NCBI GenBank assembly: GCA_026414545.1
Contig: JAOAIU010000048.1
Coordinates: forward strand, 46,172 to 110,171
Reading direction: 5' to 3'
From: Candidatus Saccharicenans sp.
GTDB lineage: Bacteria > Acidobacteriota > Aminicenantia > Aminicenantales > Saccharicenantaceae
Length of the DNA stretch: 64,000 nucleotides
A model generated the notes under the pieces. It was given only the letters and a program-made list of their open reading frames with translations. It made no database searches and was not told the DNA's origin. The position numbers and the translations under genes are program-made. Within the stretch, counting starts at the first letter, position 1. Each line of letters begins with the position of its first letter. Positions 49,073-59,060 of this stretch are shown here, piece by piece.

Positions 49073-50210
49073 TGTCCTCGCTTCCGACCAGTCTCTGGTA
49101 CTTATCCAGGACGGACCGGTCCACCTCTTCCAGCTTCTCTCCCCGGAGCTCGGCCAGCCTGGTAAACAGGGCCTTCTGTTCCCGGTCGAGTTTTTCCGGT
49201 GTCTTTACCAACACCTGGACATAGAGGTCGCCACTGCGACTGCTACCCAGTTCTTTCAACCCGGCCCCGCGCAATCTGAATACCTCGCCCGATTGAACTC
49301 CAGCCGGAATCTTCAGAGTTTCCTGACATCCATTAATCAATGGAATGGCCAGCCTGGCGCCCAGGGCCGCCTGGGAAAAACTGAGGTCGACCTGGCAGTA
49401 CAGGTCTCGCCCCCGTCTCTCAAAAAACGGATGTTTTCTGACCCTGATGATTACATAGAGGTCGCCGCGGGGCAAACCCTGGTCCCCGGCTTCTCCTTCC
49501 CCGGATATCCTCAAGCGGGTTCCGTCATCAACCCCGGCCGGTATCTTCACCTTCAGCTGCTTTTTCTGTTTCACCCGGCCCGTCCCCTGGCATTCGTGGC
49601 AGGGTGTGGCAATTATTTCACCCAGGCCGTCGCAGTGGGAACAGGTCCTGGTTATGGTGAAAAAACCCTGCTGGTAGCGCAACTGTCCGCGTCCCTGGCA
49701 GGCCGGGCAGACAGATTTTTTAGTTCCTGGTTTCAACCTGGAACCGCCGCAAACCGGACAGAGTTCATGCCGGGTTATTTTCAATTCTTTTTCAGTACCC
49801 GAAGCCACTTCCTCCAGGCTGACCTGCAGTTCCAGGGCCAGGTCCCGGCCACGCTGAGCCCTGGGCCGGCGCCCCGGTTCGCCTCCAAAAAACTCGGAAA
49901 AACTGAAGCCGAAAAAATTGCCGAGGATATCTTCGAAATCCTGGAAAATGGAGGAATCAAAACCGCGGAAGCCCTCATAGCCCTGGCCCTGCAATCCCTG
50001 GTAGCCATAGCGGTCATAGATGGCCCTTTTTTCCGGGTCGATCAGAACGCTGTAGGCTTCGGCCGCTTCTTTGAATTTTTCCTCGGCTTCCTTGTTGCCG
50101 GGGTTGCGGTCGGGATGATATTTTAAGGCCGCCTGGCGATAGGCTTTTTTTATCTCTTCGGCTGAGGCCTGTCTGGAAACTCCAAGGACTTCATAATAAT
50201 CCTTCTTCAT
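49062..50210 (-). CDS. dnaJ: Chaperone DnaJ
   Basis: J-domain HPD, G/F-rich region, four CxxCxGxG repeats. Confidence 0.97.
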   Translation of the reverse strand: MKKDYYEVLGVSRQASAEEIKKAYRQAALKYHPDRNPGNKEAEEKFKEAAEAYSVLIDPEKRAIYDRYGYQGLQGQGYEGFRGFDSSIFQDFEDILGNFFGFSFSEFFGGEPGRRPRAQRGRDLALELQVSLEEVASGTEKELKITRHELCPVCGGSRLKPGTKKSVCPACQGRGQLRYQQGFFTITRTCSHCDGLGEIIATPCHECQGTGRVKQKKQLKVKIPAGVDDGTRLRISGEGEAGDQGLPRGDLYVIIRVRKHPFFERRGRDLYCQVDLSFSQAALGARLAIPLINGCQETLKIPAGVQSGEVFRLRGAGLKELGSSRSGDLYVQVLVKTPEKLDREQKALFTRLAELRGEKLEEVDRSVLDKYQRLVGSEDSDQ

Positions 50211-51777
50211 TCCTGCTCTTCACCTCCTTCTGCCTCCGCTCTATTATCTCCTGCAGCTCCTCCGGCAGCAGGCCAGCTGCCGGTTTGACTTCAATTTTTT
50301 GCTCCCGTCCCGTAGTGGTATCGCGGGCCGAAACCCGAAGAATGCCGTCGGCGTCGATTTCGAAGGTTACGTCTATCTGGGGAACACCGGCCGGGGCCGG
50401 GTCAATTCCTACCAGGTCAAAGGTGGCCAGAGACTTATTATCGGCAGCCAGCGGGCTTTCTCCCTGCAGCACATGAATCCTGACTCGCCGCTGATTATGT
50501 TCCACGGTGGTAAAGGCCATGGTCTTGCGGGCCGGGATGGTAGTATTTCTTTCGATGATCTTCTGAAACATTCCGTTTTCCGTCTCAATTCCCAGGGAAA
50601 ACGGGGTTACGTCCAGCAGCAGGACCAGCTCCCTCCCCTGTCCTTTTATTATGTTGGCCTGGAGAGCTGCCCCCATGGCCACGATTTCATCGGGATTGAT
50701 GCGGGCAGCCGGCTGTTTCTTGAAATAATCGGCCACCTTCTGCCTGACCAGCGGCATCCTGGTCTGGCCTCCGACCAGGATGACCTCATCAATCCGGGAA
50801 ATGTCCAGGCCGGCGTCCTTCAGGGCTCGCTCGCAGATGACCAGGGTCTTTTCCACCAGGTCCGCCGTCAGGTTCTCAAAAAAGCTGCGATTGATTTTTT
50901 TCTGGATGTGCAGCGAGCCTTGCTCGGTGTTGCAGATAAAGGGAAGGTTGACTTCGGTTTCCGCGGTGAAGGACAGCTCTCTCTTGGCTTTTTCTGCGGC
51001 CTCCTTTATTCTCTGCAGGGCGAAACGGTCCTGGCTGAGATCTACTCCATGTTCTTTCTGGAACTCATCCAGCAACCAGGTAATCAGCCGGTTGTCAAAA
51101 TCGTCCCCCCCCAGAAAGGTATCGCCGCTGGTGGACAGCACGTGGAAGATGCCGTCCTGAAGCTCGAGGACGGTGATGTCGAAGGTTCCCCCGCCCAGGT
51201 CATAGACGGCCAGTCTACCGTTTTTCCTGGTGTTGAAACCATAAGCCAGGCTGGCCGCAGTCGGCTCGTTTATGATGCGCAGCACTTTAAGCCCGCAGAT
51301 GGCCGCGGCATCCTTGGTAGCCTGTCGCTGATGGTCGTTAAAATAGGCCGGGACGGTGATGACCGCTTCTTCCACCTCGGTCCCCAGGTAATTCTCGGCA
51401 CACTTTTTCAGGTAGCTGAGGACGAGGGCCGAGATTTCCTGGGGAGTGTAAACCCTGCCCCCGGCTTCTATCAGGATATCCCCGTTCGGAGCTTCTATCA
51501 TCCGGTAAGGAAACTTTTCCCGGAGCTCAGCCATCTCGGGCGAATTGTATTTCTTGCCGATCAACCTTTTGACTGAGTAAACCGTGTTATCGGGATTGGT
51601 GATGGCCTGGCGCAGCGCTGGCAGCCCGACCAGCGGTTGCCCGGAATCGGTAAAAGAAACCACCGACGGGGTGGTGTTGCTGCCTTCCAGGTTGGGAATA
51701 ACCGCGGGCTGCTGCCCGTTGATGTAAGCCACGCAGGAATAGGTGGTTCCCAGGTCTATCCCGATTACTTCGGCCAT
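50191..51777 (-). CDS. dnaK: DnaK/Hsp70, short form (528 aa)
   Basis: [37 protein letters not shown] linker, [10 protein letters not shown]. Ends soon after the beta-sandwich. Confidence 0.93.
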   Translation of the reverse strand: MAEVIGIDLGTTYSCVAYINGQQPAVIPNLEGSNTTPSVVSFTDSGQPLVGLPALRQAITNPDNTVYSVKRLIGKKYNSPEMAELREKFPYRMIEAPNGDILIEAGGRVYTPQEISALVLSYLKKCAENYLGTEVEEAVITVPAYFNDHQRQATKDAAAICGLKVLRIINEPTAASLAYGFNTRKNGRLAVYDLGGGTFDITVLELQDGIFHVLSTSGDTFLGGDDFDNRLITWLLDEFQKEHGVDLSQDRFALQRIKEAAEKAKRELSFTAETEVNLPFICNTEQGSLHIQKKINRSFFENLTADLVEKTLVICERALKDAGLDISRIDEVILVGGQTRMPLVRQKVADYFKKQPAARINPDEIVAMGAALQANIIKGQGRELVLLLDVTPFSLGIETENGMFQKIIERNTTIPARKTMAFTTVEHNQRRVRIHVLQGESPLAADNKSLATFDLVGIDPAPAGVPQIDVTFEIDADGILRVSARDTTTGREQKIEVKPAAGLLPEELQEIIERRQKEVKSRNEEGLL

Positions 51778-51779
51778 GC

Positions 51780-52514
51780 TCAGTTCTTCTTAGGAATGAT
51801 AACTTTTACCATAGTCGGCCGCAGAAGTCTATTATGAAGGAGGTAGCCTTTCTGCAATTCTTCTTTTATTTCCGGCTCGCTGACCTCATCCGATTCCTCC
51901 GAGACCAGGGCATGGTGAAGGCTGGGGTCGAACTTATTGTTATCGAGCTCAATCGGTCTGACCCCATGCTTCTTGATCAGGTTCAGCAGCATCCTGTAAA
52001 TCAGTTCCACTCCTTCACGGAAAGTTTTCCCGTCAACTTCTTCTTCGGAGGTCTTTAGAGCCCGCTCAAAATTATCGAGGATGGGCAGGATGTCCCGCAG
52101 CAGGTCGCTCAGGGCATATTGAAAGTAATCTTCCTTTTCCCTTTCCATTCTCTTCCTGACATTATCGAGCTCGGCCACCGACCGTAGAAACTTGTCTTTC
52201 AGGTCTTCCACAGCCTTTTTAAGCTCGGCTATTTCCCGGTCCTTGCCTTCCAGCTCAGCTTGAAGTTTATTTACGGTTTCCTTGAGGTCTGGCTGAGCCT
52301 CCCCCGTCGCGCCGCCGGCAGAGCAGGTTGTTTCCTTCCCCTCACTTTCTTCCTGCAGGTATTCTATCTCCTCTTGCTCGCTAACCTTAAAACCGGCTTC
52401 CGCCCCGGGAGCTTTTTCGCTGACTTTCAATTCTGTTTTTTCTTCTTTCTCTTCAGGCCGATGGGTAGCATTCAGGTCAGCAGCCTGGTTTTTTTCTGAT
52501 TTTTTTCCGCTCAT
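51780..52514 (-). CDS. grpE: Nucleotide exchange factor GrpE
   Basis: AELDNVRKR, DNFERAL, FDPSLHHAL, KGYLLHNRLLRP. Confidence 0.95.
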   Translation of the reverse strand: MSGKKSEKNQAADLNATHRPEEKEEKTELKVSEKAPGAEAGFKVSEQEEIEYLQEESEGKETTCSAGGATGEAQPDLKETVNKLQAELEGKDREIAELKKAVEDLKDKFLRSVAELDNVRKRMEREKEDYFQYALSDLLRDILPILDNFERALKTSEEEVDGKTFREGVELIYRMLLNLIKKHGVRPIELDNNKFDPSLHHALVSEESDEVSEPEIKEELQKGYLLHNRLLRPTMVKVIIPKKN

Positions 52515-53572
52515 AGCTCCACTCCTTTTTCCAGGATGGTGATGGTCCGGGTTAGACGTCTGGCCACGTTATCAACCAGGGGAATTATCTTGTCGTAGGG
52601 CAACCTCTTTGGTCCGATAATACCCAGCGAGCCCAGAACCTGGTTCCGGTAACCATAGTGGGAGAGAATCAGAGAACAATCGGCAATCTCTGGAAGTTGC
52701 AACTCCGAGCCGATTATGACCTTGACCCTTTCCAGACTGATCAGGTCTGACAGCAGACGAGCCAGGTTGGCCTTCTCCTCGAAATTCTGGAACAGAGACT
52801 TCAGCTTGTTGAAGTCAAAGAGCTCAGCCTTGTCCAGCAACCGAGCTGTGCCCTGCAGAAAAATCTTGCCTTCTTCTTTTTCTAAGGAGGGAGAGCTCCG
52901 CAACAGGGCAATTAGTTTTTCCACCAGGTCTTCATATCTCATTTTCAGCCGGGGCAATTCCCGGAACAGGTAATCACGAACATGGGACAGGCTCTTGCCG
53001 CGAAAATTCTGGTTGAGATACTGAGCCGCCCGGTCCAGTTCCGTCTGGGTGAACAGAGTCTGGGTTTCGAAAATCTCGGTCTGAACCAGGTTAAAGGTCG
53101 AAAGCAGGACAATCATCACCCGATTATCTTTCAGCTTAACAAACCGGACCTGGTCGAAAGCCACCCGGGAGATGTGCGGAGAAATGACAAAAGCCAGATT
53201 GTCAGAACTGCTGGCCAGAATCTGGCTGACCTGGAGCAGCAGGTTGTCCAGTTCTCCCGAGCCCACCTTCAATTCTTCCGGGTAGATGCGGAGTTCATCC
53301 GGCATTGCCCGCAGAGTTTCGGCCAGGAGAGTGTTGACGTAGGACCTGATCCCCTCATCGGTAGGCAACCTTCCGGCAGAAGTATGGGGCTGGTAGAGAA
53401 ATCCCTGTCTCTCCAGGCTGGCCATGGCATTCCTGATGGTGGCCGGGGATATCCTGAAATTTAGCTTTTGAGCCAGAAGCCCGGAACTAACCGGTTTTCC
53501 GGTTTCAAGGTAGGAAGCCACTGTAAGATTTAATATAATTTTTTCTTTATTTTCTAATCTTGAGTAAGACAT
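52511..53572 (-). CDS. hrcA: Heat-inducible transcription repressor HrcA
   Basis: PVSS, SPATIRN.M..LE..G.L.QPHTSAGRLPT, LGIIGPKRLPY. Confidence 0.95.
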   Translation of the reverse strand: MSYSRLENKEKIILNLTVASYLETGKPVSSGLLAQKLNFRISPATIRNAMASLERQGFLYQPHTSAGRLPTDEGIRSYVNTLLAETLRAMPDELRIYPEELKVGSGELDNLLLQVSQILASSSDNLAFVISPHISRVAFDQVRFVKLKDNRVMIVLLSTFNLVQTEIFETQTLFTQTELDRAAQYLNQNFRGKSLSHVRDYLFRELPRLKMRYEDLVEKLIALLRSSPSLEKEEGKIFLQGTARLLDKAELFDFNKLKSLFQNFEEKANLARLLSDLISLERVKVIIGSELQLPEIADCSLILSHYGYRNQVLGSLGIIGPKRLPYDKIIPLVDNVARRLTRTITILEKGVEL

Positions 53573-53611
53573 TTTTCCCTTTCTTATTTTATTTACCTCA
53601 AAATATTGATT

Positions 53612-53638
53612 TTGTCAATCAATTCTGGAGACTGCTAA
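53612..53638 (-). promoter_or_regulatory. CIRCE-like HrcA operator overlapping a -35 box
   Basis: Minus strand TTAGCAGTC-N9-GATTGACAA against consensus TTAGCACTC-N9-GAGTGCTAA. Contains TTGACA and lies directly upstream of hrcA. Confidence 0.7.
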
Positions 53639-53639
53639 A

Positions 53640-54446
53640 TTATACAATGGCCAGGCCGGCGTAACCCACTACCTCCCTATAATCTCCGGTCCTTTCTCCA
53701 GAGGTCTGGTAGCTGATTAGGCGGCCTTCCCTGGCCCCAAGCACCCGGGCTGCGGCCAGCATGGCTGCCGTCGGCTGGAAACCGCACATGGATATACCGA
53801 AGGAAGTTACCACTCTGACCAGTCCTTCAGGGTCCAGCTTCTCGATGAAGCTTATGGCCTTGAAATCAAGTTCCTCAGCTACCTTTTTACTGACATAATG
53901 ACTCATATCAGTGGAGGCCACCAGCAAAGCCTGCTGACCGAATTTCTTTACAGCCTCAGCCAGAGCCCTTCCGAGCTGGCTCAGCTCAGGCCAGCCAGCC
54001 TGATAAGAAACCATGATGGGCACAATGGAAACATCCGGTCTGAAGTACTGAAGAAAAGGAACCTGGACTTCAATGGAATGTTCTTTCCGATGAGCCTCCG
54101 GGTCGCGGCTGATCAGGTCTGTTTCTTCAGCTACCAGGTCGGCCAGACGGGGCTCAATTTTTGCTTCGCCCAATGGAGTCAGCCAGCTGCCGCGGTCAAA
54201 AAGGGCAAACAAGGAACTTATGCGGTGATGGGCCGGAGACAGGATAATGATATTTTCCGGTATTTCCACCGCCGAATACACCATCCCGGCCACCGGGCCA
54301 GAATACTCGTAACCAGCATGCGGAGCCACTACTCCGACCGCCTTTATCTTTTTCTCCACATCCCTGATAAAGGACTGAATGGTATTTTTCAAGAGGTCCG
54401 GGTCATCCGGGTAAAAATAGCCGGCCACATATGGCAACCTTTTCAT
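53640..54446 (-). CDS. amrB: AmmeMemoRadiSam system protein B (MEMO1 family)
   Basis: AGYFYP, APHAGY.YSG, EHSIEVQ.PF, ASTDMSHY, SMCG, VVGYAG. Confidence 0.92.
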   Translation of the reverse strand: MKRLPYVAGYFYPDDPDLLKNTIQSFIRDVEKKIKAVGVVAPHAGYEYSGPVAGMVYSAVEIPENIIILSPAHHRISSLFALFDRGSWLTPLGEAKIEPRLADLVAEETDLISRDPEAHRKEHSIEVQVPFLQYFRPDVSIVPIMVSYQAGWPELSQLGRALAEAVKKFGQQALLVASTDMSHYVSKKVAEELDFKAISFIEKLDPEGLVRVVTSFGISMCGFQPTAAMLAAARVLGAREGRLISYQTSGERTGDYREVVGYAGLAIV

Positions 54447-54472
54447 CTTGGCCCTCCTTCCTGAGCCGGGGC

Positions 54473-55795
54473 TCAGATGAAATTTTTTTCTTCTTTGAAG
54501 GCCAGACCCAGCGATTGCAGCTCGGCCAGAATCGGTTGATATATTTCGGCCACCGTAGGTGTCAGCACTCCGCTGCTGTGGATCCTTCCTTCCAGTATCA
54601 ATTTTACACCAATAGCCACCGGCAGACCAACCGTCCTGGACATGGAAGTATGGCCATGCGGCTGACCGAAGTCTATGAGGGTAGAGGTAATTTTTTCCCG
54701 CCTCTTTCCCGGGTATTCAGCCACAATTTCATGTTGCAGAACGGTCATATCACGCTCGCCTTCCCTGTATTTCAATTTATCAACCATCAGCGAAACCAGC
54801 AGGTCAAGCGGAGAAATCTTTCTGGAAGGAAGGGGATGCTCGCTGAATAACCCGAGCCAGTCCAGGCTCTTGATGACTTCAGAGTTGGCCTCAAGTTTGA
54901 GCCTGGCTGCCAGCGCATCTTTAAGGTCAGCACTTTCTCCCAGGCCCAGGTACTCCCTCATGAAACCGGCATAGGTTTCTGCCCGCCACTCTTTTTCGGT
55001 TATGTCCAGCAAACCCAGCTCCCCTATCTTTTTCATCTTGAGGCACCAGCCGGGATAGCGCAATGTTCCTCTGAGCATGGTCCTGGCCTCGGGGATGCCA
55101 TAAGTTTCGGTGTAGGAAACAGAATTCCGGTTGGGGTAACCTTCAAAGAGCCCGAGGCCCGGAATTTCAATCATCTTATAATGAGCGAAAAGCTCTTCGG
55201 CCGGCACCACCACTTCCGACCCGTCCAGAAGATAGCGGGCCTCATTCCGGCCGGCCAGAAGAACGCCCCTCGGGCTCCAAGAGAATTTATAACCAAAGGG
55301 ATTATCCCTGGCCTCGGGAGCCGGCAGCCCGCCACAGTAAGATATGAAGCTCACCACCCGGCCACCGGAGTTGTGCACTTCATGGATCAACCTCATGGCT
55401 TCCATGTGGTCAATTCCCGGGTCGAGGCCAAGTTCGTTAAGAAATACCAGGCCCTTTTCCCTCGCCTTTCCGTCCAGAGCCTTCATGGCCGGGCTGACAT
55501 ATGAAGCGGTTACCAGATGTTTATTGAGTTCCAGGCAGATTTCCGCCACATAGGGATGAAAGGTATACGGGACCATGCTGACCACCACCTCGCCGCCGGA
55601 CAGTAATCGCACCAGGGCCTGGCGGTCCTGCAGGTCGAGCTGGAACACCCGACCACGGGGATGGTTCCCGACCAGGCTGCGGGCCCGCTCCAGGTCAAGG
55701 TCAGCCACCATCAGTTCCAGGTCATCATAACCGAGAAGGTATTCAATCAACGGACCGGCAACCAGCCCGGCTCCCAGAAGGCAGACTCTTCTCAT
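54473..55795 (-). CDS. Saccharopine dehydrogenase (glutamate-forming) / saccharopine reductase
   Basis: LLGAGLV, LVTASYVS, ELGLDPGIDH, SYCGGLP, YKFSWSPRG, YPNRNS, RGTLRY. Confidence 0.92.
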   Translation of the reverse strand: MRRVCLLGAGLVAGPLIEYLLGYDDLELMVADLDLERARSLVGNHPRGRVFQLDLQDRQALVRLLSGGEVVVSMVPYTFHPYVAEICLELNKHLVTASYVSPAMKALDGKAREKGLVFLNELGLDPGIDHMEAMRLIHEVHNSGGRVVSFISYCGGLPAPEARDNPFGYKFSWSPRGVLLAGRNEARYLLDGSEVVVPAEELFAHYKMIEIPGLGLFEGYPNRNSVSYTETYGIPEARTMLRGTLRYPGWCLKMKKIGELGLLDITEKEWRAETYAGFMREYLGLGESADLKDALAARLKLEANSEVIKSLDWLGLFSEHPLPSRKISPLDLLVSLMVDKLKYREGERDMTVLQHEIVAEYPGKRREKITSTLIDFGQPHGHTSMSRTVGLPVAIGVKLILEGRIHSSGVLTPTVAEIYQPILAELQSLGLAFKEEKNFI

Positions 55796-55829
55796 CGTAA
55801 ACCTCGCTATTCTGACTAAAATTTTTTCT

Positions 55830-57140
55830 CTATTTCAGGTAATTTTCCAGGTAACGGTAATCCGGGGTGAGCTCGCCATTGTACACAATGATAGCTCTTT
55901 TCAGCACGGGGTCGAGTTCCAACCGGTCAAAAGGGCGTTTATAATCGGCCAGGGCTAGATCTGGGACATATCTTTTCAAACCCTGGCTGAAATAGGTTGA
56001 AGACTCGATCGGGAGTTCAGCGGGCAGATTATAGACAGCCAGGACCACCGGCCCCTGACCCTGGAACCCGTCTCTGGATTCTCCCGTGGCCGGGTCATAG
56101 ACATAAACCGGCTTTTCCGAATCCGTGGCTCGGACCGTGCTCTCGATGGAGCCATCGATGTCGCAGGTGATATCACCAATTACCTGAAGTCTGGGCTGTT
56201 CTTTGGTTCCGTAGAGTTTTTGCAGAAATTTTCTGGTCACAAACCGGGGATACTTTGGCGTCCAGAATATGCCGTTTATAAGGATATTGAGATAGGGCAA
56301 ATATTCCTCAGATACCGGGTAATACTTTTCCGGGTTCTGGTAATAATCCTGGAGGTCAAAAGGCTGCGGTCCTTTCGGCCTGACCATATCTTCTTCCTTG
56401 AAGACAACCTTGTACACCCGGTGCGGCGAAAAATAACCCTTTTCCACCGTTTCCGCCAGCTCAGAAGGTTTAATCTCCACCGCTGGCAGCAGGTCATACA
56501 CCTCCTGGGCGCCCTGGGACACGTGACCGTAACCAAAAAAACCGCAGATAAAAGGGCTTATCTCAGGCGGTAGTCCCCTGTCAACTATTTCCTGGCCAAC
56601 AGCCCTGACCTCTTCCTTGATTTCGGTCAGGCTGGCATAGTAAATAGCCTGCTTTATCCTCTCGAAGGAGGTATGCAGCCCCAGAAGTTTCAGTCTCTGG
56701 CCATAGGCCCAGAGGGAATCAACCATCCCGGCCTGACCGGCATAGTTGCCAAAAAACAGAACCCGGCGGCCCTGGTCATCGGTCATCTTCTCGTAGTCGA
56801 TCAGGGTGCAACCCAGTTCCATTATCTTCCTGAGCATGGGCATATTGTGAGCCTGGCCTTTAATTGTATGGGAGAAAAAAACATAAACCTTGCCCGGCTC
56901 GAATAGTCCAGTGGGAATCTCCTTGATGGCCAGTACCACCCGGCTCGGGCAGAGGTCTTCCTGGACCACCGCCCCGGCCGAGCGAAACTCGCTGTCGGGG
57001 AAAACCCTGATGTCCGAGGGCTGAACAAAGAATTGCAGGGGGTATCTTTCCTGGAGTTCACGGACATGGGAAGGGATCAACGGAACCCGTCTCTCCCAGC
57101 GGCTGATATCTTCCCGTCTGATGCCAATATTTATTTTCAT
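55830..57140 (-). CDS. Lysine-2-oxoglutarate reductase (LKR domain of AASS-like)
   Basis: GIRRED..WERR.PL.P, FFSHTIKGQ..NM, LIDYEK, G.VSQGAQE, DITCD..GSIE, NLPAELP. Confidence 0.88.
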   Translation of the reverse strand: MKINIGIRREDISRWERRVPLIPSHVRELQERYPLQFFVQPSDIRVFPDSEFRSAGAVVQEDLCPSRVVLAIKEIPTGLFEPGKVYVFFSHTIKGQAHNMPMLRKIMELGCTLIDYEKMTDDQGRRVLFFGNYAGQAGMVDSLWAYGQRLKLLGLHTSFERIKQAIYYASLTEIKEEVRAVGQEIVDRGLPPEISPFICGFFGYGHVSQGAQEVYDLLPAVEIKPSELAETVEKGYFSPHRVYKVVFKEEDMVRPKGPQPFDLQDYYQNPEKYYPVSEEYLPYLNILINGIFWTPKYPRFVTRKFLQKLYGTKEQPRLQVIGDITCDIDGSIESTVRATDSEKPVYVYDPATGESRDGFQGQGPVVLAVYNLPAELPIESSTYFSQGLKRYVPDLALADYKRPFDRLELDPVLKRAIIVYNGELTPDYRYLENYLK

Positions 57141-57251
57141 TATTAGTCCTTTGAATGATAAAGTAGGCAAATATTATGTCATATTTTGAGAAACAAGGTC
57201 AAACTGATCCGTCTAACTGTAAGACACTGATCATCTCATGTTTTCTGCCTA

Positions 57252-57280
57252 TTGACGCCCCATCAAGGTTTGGACATAAT
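57252..57280 (+). promoter_or_regulatory. sigma70 promoter for a probably leaderless cysS mRNA
   Basis: TTGACG-17 bp-CATAAT; ATG lies 7 nt after the -10 box. Confidence 0.6.
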
Positions 57281-57287
57281 AGACAGG

Positions 57288-58682
57288 ATGATTCGCTTTT
57301 TTAACACGCTTTCTGGCTCCCTGGAGGAATTCCGGCCCCTCAAGGAAGGAGAAGTCCGCCTGTATACCTGTGGCCCCACGGTCTATGATTATCCCCACAT
57401 CGGTAATTACCGGGCCTATATTTTTGAAGACCTTCTAAAGAGATTCCTGCTTCTGGCCGGCTTTAAGGTTATCCATGTCATGAACATCACCGACGTGGAT
57501 GATAAGACCATTAAAGGAGCAGCCCGTCAGGGTGTTTCACTCCAGGAATATACCGCCAAGTACATTTCGGCCTTCTTCGAAGACCTGAAGGTCCTGAGAA
57601 TCATGCCAGCCGATATCTACCCCCGGGCCACCGAGCATATCCCCGACATGGTCAGGATGGTCAGGGGATTGCTGGACAGGGGCTATGCTTACTACAAGGA
57701 TGGCTCCGTGTATTTCAGCATCCAGAAATTCCCGGCCTACGGTCGCCTGGCCAAGATTGACCTGGAAGAGCTCAAGGCCGGGGCCCGGGTGGACAGCGAC
57801 GAATACGAAAAAGAGAGCGTCCACGATTTTGCCCTGTGGAAGAAAGCCAAGGAGGGCGAGCCCTTCTGGGAAACCGAGCTCGGCTCCGGTCGGCCGGGCT
57901 GGCACATAGAATGCTCGGCCATGAGCACCAGGTATCTTGGCCCCAGCATCGATATTCACTGCGGCGGCATAGATAACATCTTCCCCCACCACGAGAACGA
58001 GATCGCTCAATCGGAAGCTTACTACGGACAGAAATTCGTCAATTACTGGCTGCACTGCCATCACCTGGTGGTCGAGGGCGAAAAAATGTCCAAGTCCAGG
58101 GGCAATTTTTACACCCTGCGCGACCTGCTGGAGCGCGGAGTGGACCCGGTCGACCTGCGCTTTTTCCTGCTCTCCACTCATTACCGCAAAATGCTTAATT
58201 TTACCTTCGATAGCCTGGAGCAGGCTAAAGCTTCCCGGCAGAGAATCCTTGATTTTGTCTATGAGCTGGAACACCGAACCTTTGCCGCCGGTTCCGCGTC
58301 AGAAGTCCAGTCCCTGGCCGAGAAAATGCTGTCCAATTTCAGGGAAGCTCTGGCCGACGACCTTAATATTTCAGCCGCCCTGGCCGCGTTGTTTGAGTTC
58401 ATCAGGGAGATAAATTCCAGGCTGTCCCGCGAGCAGGTCAAGCAGGACGACTCGGTTGCCATTCTGCGGGCGCTGGCCGAACTGGACCGGGTGCTGGCCA
58501 TCCTGCCCGAAAAAAGAGAAGATGCGCTGTCGCCGGAGCTCATGGAGAAAATCGAGCAGCGTCAGAAGGCCAGGAAAGAAAAGAACTTTGCTCTGGCCGA
58601 TGCCCTCCGGGAAGAACTGAGTCAGCGCGGAATAATACTGGAAGATACAAAAGAAGGCGTCAGGTGGAAAAGGATAAAGTAA
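57288..58682 (+). CDS. cysS: Cysteine--tRNA ligase
   Basis: CGPTVY..HIGN, DFALWK, GRPGWHIECSAM, FPHHENE, KMSKS. Confidence 0.98.
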   Translation: MIRFFNTLSGSLEEFRPLKEGEVRLYTCGPTVYDYPHIGNYRAYIFEDLLKRFLLLAGFKVIHVMNITDVDDKTIKGAARQGVSLQEYTAKYISAFFEDLKVLRIMPADIYPRATEHIPDMVRMVRGLLDRGYAYYKDGSVYFSIQKFPAYGRLAKIDLEELKAGARVDSDEYEKESVHDFALWKKAKEGEPFWETELGSGRPGWHIECSAMSTRYLGPSIDIHCGGIDNIFPHHENEIAQSEAYYGQKFVNYWLHCHHLVVEGEKMSKSRGNFYTLRDLLERGVDPVDLRFFLLSTHYRKMLNFTFDSLEQAKASRQRILDFVYELEHRTFAAGSASEVQSLAEKMLSNFREALADDLNISAALAALFEFIREINSRLSREQVKQDDSVAILRALAELDRVLAILPEKREDALSPELMEKIEQRQKARKEKNFALADALREELSQRGIILEDTKEGVRWKRIK

Positions 58683-59035
58683 GCTCCCTTCCTTTCGGCC
58701 GCTGGGGGGAGCAGATGGCCGCAGAATACCTGGAGAAAAAAGGCTTCCGGATTCTCGAGCGGCATTTTCAATTCCAGCATGCCGAAATCGACCTGGTGGC
58801 CCGCGACGGAGATTACCTGGTCTTCATCGAGGTTAAAACCCGAAGCTCGGACGACTTCGGCTGTCCGGAAGAAGCCATCACCGAGCGCAAAAAGGCTTAT
58901 CTCAAAAGAGCCGCCGAAGGTTATCTTTACTTAAATCAGCTCAATAACGTTGACTGCCGTTTTGATGTCATCAGCATCCTTTTTTCTGACGGGCAGCCGC
59001 CGGTGGTTGAACATCTGGTCAACGCCTTTGAATAA
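58664..59035 (+). CDS. yraN: YraN-family (UPF0102) endonuclease-like protein
   Basis: GEQMAAEYL, EIDLVA, LVFIEVKTR, CRFDV, NAF. Confidence 0.9.
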   Translation: MEKDKVSSLPFGRWGEQMAAEYLEKKGFRILERHFQFQHAEIDLVARDGDYLVFIEVKTRSSDDFGCPEEAITERKKAYLKRAAEGYLYLNQLNNVDCRFDVISILFSDGQPPVVEHLVNAFE

Positions 59036-59060
59036 TTTGAAATACTTTTTCAGGAGATAG

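Noticed and set aside
49047-51576. Long antisense ORFs opposite dnaJ and dnaK, and similar ones opposite lon, alaS and mttB
   Set aside because: They are shadows of codon bias in the real genes and show no domain features.
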